From Catajapyx aquilonaris (lineage: Eukaryota), in the NCBI GenBank assembly GCA_000934665.2, contig JYFJ02000135.1, positions 124,001 through 175,408 on the forward strand: a stretch of 51,408 nt of DNA, written 5' to 3'. The position numbers and the translations under genes are program-made. The notes below the pieces were generated by a model that saw only the letters and a list, made by a program, of their open reading frames with translations, did no database searches and was not told the DNA's origin. The stretch's first letter is position 1. Each line of letters begins with the position of its first letter. Positions 11,751-23,400 of this stretch are shown one piece after another.

Positions 11751-14700
11751 GTGAGTATCCACGGCTTGGGATGGTTGGGTGGAAACACCCGGATTCTGCG
11801 GGTGTGGCGATCACGGGGCGTTTTTGTATGGTGCTTGGGTCTGGTTTTTGGGTACTGTCAAAGTGTGAGATCGAATTTGCAGTGTTTGAAGGGGGTGGGA
11901 GGGCGCGGGATGATTTTTCAGGTATTTAGGCGACCCAGACTGAGGGTTCAAGTCAGCTGGGGTTGTTGTAGAACCGGTGTTTTATCGAGCTGCTGGGCCT
12001 GGTTTGGGTTCGATTATGACCGCTTGGTGGCAGCACCAATCACATAGCCGAGCTCAGCGCGCGAGGCTCAATGTGCTTCGTACTTCAAATCGCTGGTGAA
12101 CAGATGAGGAATAGATAATTGCATGACGTAGTTACTGTAGTTATCACAGATATAAACAAGCTGTTTGGGAACATGGTCTGTTCTCTTCAAGGCCGGAACC
12201 CAATTTTAGTGGGGCGTAAACATGCACAGTGCGATGTTGCATTTAATTCAGGTGCGTAATAATCTACTTCCCAGCGTGATATTGTGAGAAATTCACAGCA
12301 CAGAAAGCTGTAATAATGTACAGAACCCAACTTTCAGTGGTAACAATGAATTGCGCTATTTCTTCCTGTAATCAACAGCGCTGCCCCTCATGCGAGGTAT
12401 TTATTGTCAAATAGTTGAAAGACATTAAATTCAATCTGACCCAAACATGACTATTACAAGTGGTTCCTTTGTACATTACTGTTTCACAGTAGGTACATGT
12501 TGTTGACTCGATGAAAATATTATAGTCATTCCCTGATAAACCGTTGTGCCAAACACGTCCAGAGGCATAACCGACGGATCCTCCTTTCTGGCAGCAGAAA
12601 TGAGAGTGTGTGACCTCTTGACATGTGGCACCATGTTCACAGCACAGTATTTCCAAGACGCTGCTTATTACATCCACTGTAATTTTCCCTGGAATTTCGC
12701 ATTGAATCTGGTAATTTTAAATTAGTTATTTCCTGTACACTATTACGTATTTGCCATTACAAATGCAGTCCACTTCGTGTACAGTGCATATGGTTGGTCT
12801 ACTGCATGTGTGAGACGACATAAAAAAATCTATAAATAAGGGTATAACCAACGTATCGTGGTCATATTAGTAATTTTATTTATTGTAAAGGGCCAAATTC
12901 GCAGAAAATTTTTCGGTTCCGGTTTCTAATTTGTTTTGAAACGCGATTTAAAGAAATCGGGAAAATTACACAGTGTGAATTTTAAAGCAATTTCAAAACA
13001 AATTTTTGTGACATCGTCGATCATGATGAACAACAGCAAAAACCCAAAAAACGATAATAACAAAATATACGGTATAACTTTTACGAGATCCAAGTACATG
13101 ATGCATATAGGGTTACCGGCTAAGTTATTTGTATTTTTGGACCATGCAGTGTAGTTGTTGTTTAACATGATTTAGCATTATTTAACGGGTTTGGTTACGT
13201 TTACACTAGTGCCTAAGCAGTAAAACGGGCTCTACGTGACGAGGAGGGAAGTACATGTATTTACTTCTCAAGCCTTTCAAATCCACTTTTCACATTTCGG
13301 TAATGGGACGTCTAGTAACTGGCTAATACTGTACACGAAACGCCCTGCAGTGTAACAGGTCATTTACATTTGCCTAAACAGCAGCGAATGTGATAACCGC
13401 ACCACTGTAACATCAGCACTCCACTGCACTATCACAGTCGCCCGAGCACTTAACATCATATCGTACATACGAACAGCCACTATATGAGTCTGCATCCCAT
13501 CCCACAGTATACACAACAGTGAAATAGACATCCACATGCCCTGCATGTCCAGCATCCTTATCTCCCAGCACTCTTTCTCCTCCCTCGAGTCAGTTGACCC
13601 CCCAGCTTCTCTCCGGATCCAGTCAAGCACAACATACAGCCAACAATAGTCGTCCACAATACTGTCATTTGTCTATTAGCCCTTCCCGGGTGTGTCCCTC
13701 CGGATCCATCACTACTGGACCTCTATTTGCATGCACTTATCTCCGCCGTTTCCCAAAGTGGACTGACTAATGGACATATAAACTCCGGATTGCAACAACA
13801 CAGAGGCAAGTCACTCAGGCACTCATTGGCCCGGGAGCACGTATAAATAGCCTCCAAGCATAGAAATTTCACAAAGAGAAGTGTTTCCGGAGGTCACAAT
13901 AGCGCTGCCGTAAATTGGGAAAGCCCAGCTTCTGGTTGTTTCAATGTTGGGTCTCAGAATGGGAAATGCCACTTGAAGCGCGTCTTCTGTAAATAAGTTA
14001 TGCGGGACCACTCCGTAACAGCAATCCCTCTCCCAAGTCTTGCCCTGCATATTATGTAGTCTTCATCTTGAATCTCGTCTCATGTCCCCCCCCATCTCCT
14101 CCTCCTTCCTACCCGAATCTCGTTACTCTGAGACGACAACGGACTACTTGTGCTTGGGTTTGAACAGCTCACTTCCTACTCCATCACCAACTGGGAAATT
14201 CATGCGGTCAAAATAATATATCACGAGGAAAGGACACACATGAATACATAAGCTGGTATCATACACCCTTGTTTACAGATGGCAACGCGCTGAATCATAT
14301 CAGGTGTTTAGTTAATACCACATTTTATGTAATGTTTTGGAATGATTGATTAAGGGTGTATGAACCCGCTTTCTACTGGCATCAAGTGTATAGAAGAAAA
14401 TTCGCAGTCAGAATGGCAGCAGTTGCGTGCCTTGTTGCCGTTCCTTCTCCGGTTTTTGCGTACATTTTTGGACAAGCTGCAAACAAAGAGCATGTGGGTG
14501 GTGCGTACTCCGGGCCGTAAATCAGTTATGGAGGATGGAAAAAGGTGCGACAGCTATCCATTACCGGCCTCCCCTCTCCCCCTGCCCCGGTAACTTCCTT
14601 GCCCCCCTTGCCCCCCGACCAGAGGCGCTGTGTGAACCCTGCTGAATGCGAAAGGAGCTCGGACGTGTCTTATAATCTTGTCCGTTGCGTGTTTCCACCG

Positions 14701-17700
14701 TACCTGTGTCACTCTTTGATAATTCCTCAAATGACTACCGTGGGATGGATTATTGCTGCTCTCCTCTTCAGTTGAGGTCGAAATTGGTGGTGAGGCTTCT
14801 TAAATTACGAATGATCCCCGAGGTTTCGCCATTATGTGCCGGATATTATTTGTCAGGGTGTGCTGGAGTACATTATCAATATTGTATGGATCTTTCATGA
14901 AGAAACGTATGGTATAAGCAATATTACAACAGTCGTATGTTTGTTATTAGTGTCGTCTATTGCTGACTAACAGTGCTGTAGCACTGTACGAGTACAATAA
15001 TGTCTGCGATGCAATTTACGATGTTGTTATTGCAATATCATTATTTGCCTACAATTCATTTGTCTTGTGGCCAAAATGACAGGATAGTTCACATGATGGT
15101 TTTTATATGCAGGGTGGTGAGTGTACTGTATAAGTCCTCAGTTCAAGAAGTTTGGGCATATAATTATTGGGCTGTATTACCTTTATATCATACACATATG
15201 CAATAAACCGCCAGGCCCAGTTTAGATAAGGATTGTTGGGTTTGCGACTCTTGACACATTTCTCTGCACAAAAAAATGAAAAGTGGAAAAATGGCGTCCA
15301 GTAATTAAATCCCGAAAATGAATGTACAAATAGAAAAGAACCTTCCTTTTCTCATAAATCAAAGAGGATTTACCCCGAGTAATTAATTACCCCGAAGTGG
15401 CTATAGGCACCTGCTAGTTCCGTTTCTTGGCCACTGTTGTTTCTTGAATGGCATTTCCCTAATTCTCTCTCCTACCGTGGTTTTTGATCAAGTGCCTCAT
15501 TATTATTCTCGTCTAGGCCTGACATTGCTCCAAGGAATGCCCCAATATGCATATCGCGTCATGTAAGTTTTCATGCGTATATAGGAGCCAAAACAGATGC
15601 ACAATTGTTGAACGTACGAAAACTGTTGACATCCAAAGACCCTCAATTGTTTAAAAAAAAAACTGAGTTGCTAACGCCGAATTGGACATGAAAGGAGCAA
15701 TAAAACCGCCGTAAAATGAGCGGGACTGGCAAATAACTCGTCACTTTTTTGATCTCTACCACAGTGTATATAACCGGGCCCATGCTTTATAGCGAACCTT
15801 TACAGGAGATTATTAAGCTACCACCTTAAGCCCTCGGCGGGTTTAGTTCCAGAAAACCAGCAGATTTATCTTATCAGAAGCACTTCCTTACCGCTCCTCT
15901 ACACCCTCCCAACTGGTTCTATACACGCCAATAAATATCTGACCGCCAATAGGTCGTAAAGTGGACTGTGCGTTGAGAAAGAAATTGCAATAGAGAGGAA
16001 CCGTTGCCATTTGTGCCCATCACCCAAATTAAATCACTGTTGGAATTGGCCCGAAAATTGCTTGCCATGATTGGTTACGAGACACGGTCCTTATACGTAT
16101 GTGGAGTATTGTATAATTTTTTTGTATTGTAGTGTTTTCAACAATATGGCTCTGGAGGGTTCCCCGTGAACTATAGGCAACATGTACGTCACTTCCACTG
16201 CGCTCCAGCCAATCCCAGACGTTATTCAAGAAGGGCACGTCCTGTTCAGTAGCATCGGCAGTTTCTAACAGACTGGAACTGTGGCCGGTACTATTAAAAA
16301 TGCGTCATCTCCGTTACTCCTAAGCGGGGTATATGATTATTCAGGACGCTTGACACCACCGCCTTCCTGTAGCACACTGCTAAGTCTATTGGGCGTCCGA
16401 CAGAAGCCTCTTGGAGTTTCCTAAGCCGGTTTAGCCTCCGCCGTGTAGACGTCACATCGCATGATTATTGAATCTAAGTGGAACCTGTCGTTGTTGCAAG
16501 AACTCCGCTGCCAATTTGCTGGACGTACGCGAATGAAGTGGATGTCACTGCAGTCTACAGCACATCAAACTGCAGGCTTTAATTGACAAGCCAAAATGGA
16601 ATCAGCCGTGTAAAAGGGATTTTCCGTGCCTGACATGTGCCATGTTAATCAATCGTAATCTCATTCCCGGACTAAGCTTGCCGGAGACCTACTTGTCAAA
16701 CGGGAAGACGCGCTCTGGTGCTTTTCATTCCTCCGCTATTCCGGACTACAGCACACGACCAAACTAAGGCCCCCCCCCCTCCCTCTACTTCGGGGGTGGG
16801 CAAGTGTCCATTAGGCCCCCCCTTTGGAGGTAGCTTATTGGCATGCTTGACAGGTCACAAAGGTCGAGGATGACAGTCCTGCCTCTGCGACATGTTTAAT
16901 ACGTCGGGTACAGGGCCTAATCCAAAATGTGATACTTCCTCCTTTTCTCGGTACAAATGCTCGTCTATACTATACACACAAACTATAAATGAAGCCATTC
17001 TAGGTCACATAAAGTGACGCATTATTTTTGTTACTATAGTATGCCCTGTAGCTCTAGAAAAATTAAATATGTTGGCCTCATATTTTTTGGGCACAGTACA
17101 ACCCTCTGTAAATGCAATTGAGACAGTTTGATCTCGGCCATTGATAGTAACTGATCTCGACCTGAACCATTCTATCAATTCTATTTTTTTTTCTAATTCG
17201 CTCATGACATTGTGTCAGTTTCAGGGCATTACTGAAGAGTGGTATTAATTTTTCATCTCTTCATCTATTCCAAAGTTGATGGATCCGTGACCTTAGGACA
17301 GACCGGAAAAAGGGACAGCCAGTAAAGCTTATCACACTCGGAAATGTTGGGTGGGCCGTTTCGGGGCATTAAATTTATTTCAATCTATCCCCACGGATCC
17401 TATTGATTTAGGCGTATCCTTTAGGACCGTGTCGGCGCTCGACATTTACAAGCCTTTATTCGGTTATGGGCCAAATAATAATGTTTACCGGGCCCTCAAA
17501 CATTTTAAAATACCGGGTCCTCCGCAATGGGAACAGTAATAAAGCATGAAAGATTCACGGCCACTTGTTATGTCGTGCGTGATATACCTGGGACCCCGAA
17601 TGCATCAATCTTGATAAGGGTTTTGGATCTAAGTCAGTCTTCCAGGAGCACTTTATGGACCTGCCCATTTTCGGCGTATCGGCCAAAGTACCAGGCTCTC

Positions 17701-19008
17701 TAAAAGTGTACTGGGAGTATTCTTACATTGGCGGAAATAAATATTTCTAAGGGCATGGTGCAGGTGATAGAAGAGGTTGGCAGTGACATTTTTGACAGCT
17801 GATGTATTGATTCCGCAAATAATACCGTGCTTATCGATCAAAGTCCTTGTGTCTAGCTCTATACTTGGCCACTATTGGCCAATAGAAGCCACTTAGTGCT
17901 CGGCGGAACTGTGGAAGTCACTTTTGACAAGATCGGTGCTACTCTGTCTGGATCCTTCGAACTTAAATAGACCAGAACTTCGTCAAATTCCGACGAGCTG
18001 TCCAATCAGCCGACTAGAAAAGTATAGATCTGCCCTGTGGGAAATGGACTCTAAGATTAGGATGGTATTAGGCAACGGTCATACCTTGCACCGGAACAAT
18101 TTGGTCCGCTTGTACGAATTGGTCAGATCAAAGTAAGGCGAGCCAATCCCCTATGTCAATCACACTTCAGCAGACCAATTTTTGTCCAAGTCATTCAATG
18201 ACCCTATGTTATTTATGCAAATGCCATATTGCCAATTTGATGTGATGTTACGGCGTTGACCATTGTTGTCACTCTTTTTTTTATATGTAGTGTGTGTTGC
18301 GGTCAGTGCAGGAAAAGCTTGCAGAAGTTCCTGGAGGAAAAGAGCTGGGCAGAAGCAATGTTAGGTGGTGGGTGGAGTGGAGGTGGTGGGTAGGGGGAGG
18401 AGAGGGAGAAGGCTCAGGGCAGGGGCGGCCGCTAGTCAATCCCTCTGACAATCAAACTCTATCGATCCACTTCCACGGTCCACCGGCCTGGCGGCGTTGC
18501 CAGTGTTGAAAATTTGGGGAGTGCCTGAAGAAATCTAGGATTATGTTTCTCAGATTAATAAAGGAATCAGTCAAAGACATACCATTTGTATGGCGGGGAA
18601 AATTGCAAATATGGCATAGAATGGTGGCTATTAGGGACTTGCAAATTGAAATAAGTTGTTCAGTTAACATTGTTTGGTACATGCAATAAGTTGCAATTTT
18701 ATATATGTACAGTGCGTGTGTTATGCGCACTTTGTATGTGTCCAGTGGGGGTAGCAGGCAGTATTGCAACGTGGCTCCTTCACCGAGGTCCAGCTTACCC
18801 AGGTTGAAAGATTCCCGGATTCCGTCAACGCCAATTCCAAAGCAAATGTTACTCTAGAGATCCGGAGCCGTATAGAAAAGGGGCGGAAACCAGCACCAGA
18901 ACATTTGTCGTGCCCGCTCTTGAATTATAAAAATTGTGGAAATGGTCGCATGTGATGACATCTGAATCTTCCGACTGAAATTTTTTATTCCTCTATTTCT
19001 ATTGACAG

Positions 19009-20413
19009 ATGTCTGAAATGGAGTATGACGACACCCACATCTGCCTGAAGTGCAACACCACCGTGGTTGGATTGGACAACTACGTGTTCCACCGCAAGCA
19101 GCAGTGCAAAGCATCCTCTGCGAAACCTTCAAGCGGATCTCTGATTGATCCGCCGTCGCTCATCGTCAGTTCCGACGCCGCATCTTGCCTGTCAGTCAGC
19201 GCCGGCGGGAAAGACGGCGGGTCCAGAAACGACGAAGATGCTCAGCCCAAAGCGGATGACTTCTTTCACTCATTGGAATTACAGAGCAGCGCCATCAAGC
19301 GGCCGAGTCTTAAAGTCAAATCATCCGGGGTTCGAACCCGCCGGGCTGTGGCGGATAGCCTAGCCGGTAAGAAGGCGAAGGAGAAGCCCAAAGTTGTGCC
19401 CAAAAACAGGCCGCAACTGCTGAAGAAACCGGACAAACCTAGGAAGGAAGACAATCCGGATGTACTTGAGCCGTTTCAGGACATACCGGATCTGGCTGAG
19501 AGTCATATGCCGTATGATGACTACACGGGTGGGAAGTGGCCGCCGCCTGAGTCGCTGGCGTCCAGTTTGACCGATCCTTTTCAGTCGGACGTGGACCTTC
19601 AGTATCAGTATCCGCCGTTGGGTCACACGGGTGGGAAATGGAAACCGGGGGATCAGCACCTGTTCGACACTGATCCGCCACCGGCCAGCCACACTGGCGG
19701 GAAGTGGAAGCCAGGGAATTTTGAGGACGGACACTCTTCGGCTGGTGGGAAGTGGAAATCGGACCACTTTGAGTACCACCCGGCGTCTGGGAGCAAGTGG
19801 AAGTCGGTTGGGTTTGATGACAACCATCCGCAGACTGGGGGAAAATGGAAGCCATACAACTTTGAGGACAGCCATCCGCAAACTGGAGGAAAGTGGAAGT
19901 CTGTCGGGTTCGATGACCATCACCCACAAACTGGAGGGAAGTGGAAGTCTGTTGGGTTCGATGACCACCACCCTCATACTGGAGGGAAGACCTTCCTGGG
20001 CCAGAAGGAGTCATCCGACCTGAATAGTATATTGCCAGACACGTGGCTGTTTGACCACGAGGTACATCCAGCCGAAGACAAGTCCTCCGAAGTGTACCTG
20101 CCTCCGCCGCCACCTCCTACGACTGCCACTCGTGGTAAGTGGATGCCAGGGAAGCGAGACCTGCGCAAGTCTGGCAGCACGGTTGAATATTTCTGCAAGC
20201 CATGCAACCGCCGACTTACGAGCAGAGCCATTTACGAGAAGCATCTGTTGTCCGAGTACCACTCCAAGAGAGTCAACTCCTTGGATGAGTCTCATAAGGA
20301 CGGCTGGAGTGGTCGGAGCCCGAAGCGGGCCATTAGGCGTAGCCCTTGGTACAACGACTGCGTGCTGGGATCCGGCAAGCGAAAGAAGCGACCAAATGCC
20401 AAGCTAGTTCAGG
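19009..20413 (+). CDS. ZNF407: ZNF407-like coding exon 1 (C2HC finger, GGKW repeats, matrin-type finger, basic NLS-like tract)
   Basis: 483-aa ORF; acceptor AG 19007-19008, donor CAGG|GTGAGT at 20414, phase 1. Confidence 0.9.
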
Positions 20414-23400
20414 GTGAGTTATTGCATATGTACTGCAGGAGCCAAATAATATCTCAATGATTACCCACAACACATGGATGGGCTGGCCCGATGCCTACAT
20501 CCAGTCCTGCCAAGCTATGTAACATGTCGTCACAACAGTATACCGGTACTGTTGTGTGGACACATGATGAAGGTCCTTAAGAGCAAATGTGGCTGTATAA
20601 TATGCATCTAAAATTCTGATAGTTTGTCACGACAATATGGGAAACCATTTAATCACAGACAAGGCCTATATTTTTTTATGCAAAAGATAGAGAGTTTGAT
20701 CAAATGAAAACGAGAATTGTGCCATAAAAATGTTTAAAACCTGTCGTTTGAGATGTCACTTGACCATGGCAATTGCCTACTCATAGTGTAGTGCTCATGA
20801 CTTCAGGCAGTTTGTCAATAGGTGGAAGGGAAGTCAAACAGCAGCTGTTTAAAGACGACAGTGCCCCTCCAGACAACCAAGGAGGATACAAGAGCAATTA
20901 TTACTCTGTTTTGTACTCAAATGGACAAACGCCATCTCTTTGTATTGGCGAATACAACTAAACGTACAGTAGATATGCCATGCATCTCGCCGCCTCGTGC
21001 CTGCGAGTGGTGTAAAAAAAATTCCAGGTGTTCTAGATCCATTCCACTGTTCTGACAGCGGCATGTCTCTCAAACTTTCATCTTTTTGAAATATTTTACA
21101 CCACTCGTAGACAAGCGAGAGACAAGCGTAGACAAGCAAGAGACATGGCAGATCCGTACATTGCCTTCATTCGCCGATATTGTGTGGGTTTTGTCTACTC
21201 TGCCCAAAACCAGATAATAACTCCCTTCCTTCATAGTACATGCCGGAAGGGGCACCATCTTTGCTTTGCTACACTATAGCATACGACTAACACTTCACCT
21301 ATCGTAAATCAGCTTGAATCTATAAGTGTTAACCAACATCCCAACGGATGGGAAATAATGTCATTATAATATCACCTTGCTCGCTTTCATTTGATCCGGA
21401 CACTCATATAAAATGAATATCGTATAGTGTCGAAGAGGGAATTAACATACAAAATCGTTATGATTTTGCTAACTCATTTTTATGTTGCGTTGACTGACAG
21501 ACATCAGCGTATTGGAGATTTGTCCGTACACTCTGGCACTGAGCGGAATTGTGGTGGGGGTGGCGGGGGAAAACCGCCTTGTACATGACTGTCGCTGACG
21601 TTCGCCCGCTTTGAGGTAAAATCAATCGCGCTTTTTTCAAATAGAACATATTGTATCTATCCGTTTTAGATGGCAAAAATAACCGAATCATTACCAAATC
21701 AGAAACTTGATACAGTTTGTCAGACGTTACACCCATTCATATCGTCAGTCCATTGAATAAAGCATCTCCCATTTTTTTGCAAGGAGAGTCAATGATAAGC
21801 AGATAATATTGAAAATGAGATAATAGCGTATGTTTTAAATGGCATGCAGAATTTGTTCACAAAAGCGTGCACATGTCATTGTAATACAAGAGTAAGCAGA
21901 TATGTCTCGAGTGTGCCAACATGTCAGCGCAATGTGCGTTATTTAAATAACCTTTCCTTACAATACGCACCGCAATCTCAGCAAAACAGGTTTCGTTCCA
22001 CGTATCACAATACAACAGAAATGTTAGGAGACTTTGAACAACGCTTTGGAAGAAACAATATCTGCATCGTGAAGAAAAGGTTCATTGAACTGGTAGTGGC
22101 CTCCTTGCCAAGGTCATCTCGAGATGCTGAAAATGACGAGGAACTTGGGATGTCACTTGCATGCAAGTTTCCCAATATAGGAGTATACATACTGCAGAGG
22201 GAAGAGTATCGACTGTTCCGATTTAGAAGAGTTCACCCCGCGGAGGCACATAAACAGTTATCCCATTACAACTGTCAGCGACGAAAACAAAGTAGCATTG
22301 GGTGTAAGAACTTTTTATCGAGAGTTTCAAAACTGCGCCGGGGAAGAGCGGCGGGGGGGTATAGATTCAATGTGCCGAGGGAGCATTCAAAATCCAATCG
22401 GGACATAAAAGTGATGCACGCATCTCTGAGCCCGAATGTAAACCTTCTGTCTTCCAATGAATAGAAATGGCTCGTTATACATTCCGGGGGATCACGGGGG
22501 TTGTGGCTTCTACAGCTGGAGGCTATCGATGAAAATATTGACAAGAGGAATACAATCTTCCTCTAGCGTGTGTTCCGCGGTATTTATATCCGGAGTAAGA
22601 AGTGACGTCGATAATGAAGCCAAGATTGGATAAGGGGACCAGGGCCCCGGAACAATGACTTCCACATTTTCTAAAAAAAAATGAATTTTCACCAGTTCCA
22701 GATACGCCGCTGGATCTGACCTCTGGCACGTTGCAGTGCGAGGCGTGCAAGTCCAGGGTACCGGAGCACCTCCTTGGGAAGCACCTGGTGTCGCATTTCC
22801 ACTGCTTTAAGGCTGTTGGGCATCCTAAGGAGCAGGAGGTCATACTGGGTAATATGGACAAGATAGTGCGACAAGCGCCGTTTCAGTGCGGTCTGTGCAG
22901 GTTTTACTGCAACACGGCCGAAAATCTGTTGTTCCACTGGGAGTCGGACATGCACAAACAGAAGGATGACCTCTTCAAGGGGTACTACCAGTGTTCTTTC
23001 TGTAAACACCAGTGTGACACCAGCGAGGCGATGATGGAGCACCTGACCGCATACGACCACACCGAGATGGTGGCGGTCATTGGCAAGTCGGTGCCTCTTG
23101 TCATCCGGAAGTACGTGCCTTTGGAGTGTCCCAAGTGCGGACGGGTGTTCAAGTACAACTTTGAACTCAAGGCTCACGTGCGGTCCGAGCATGGCGACAA
23201 AAGTTACCTACCTCCGAGCGAGATCAAACTGGGATGTAAATATTGTGAGTACACGACCATCTCGGACGTCTCGCTGCAAAAGCACCTCAAATACCAGCAC
23301 AAGGAGAAAGACACTCCCGTCAAGTTCTTCTGCCATGTGTGCAAGCTACATTTCCAGACGAAAGAGGCGGCGGTGCAGCACAGAAGGACGCCGGTATGTT

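Noticed and set aside
19795..19986. Regularly spaced repeats superficially like a CRISPR array
   Set aside because: Eukaryotic, in-frame coding tandem repeat with no unique spacers and no cas genes.
19360..20113. Long minus-strand ORFs (205 and 224 aa)
   Set aside because: Antisense shadows of the GC-rich, repetitive ZNF coding exon.
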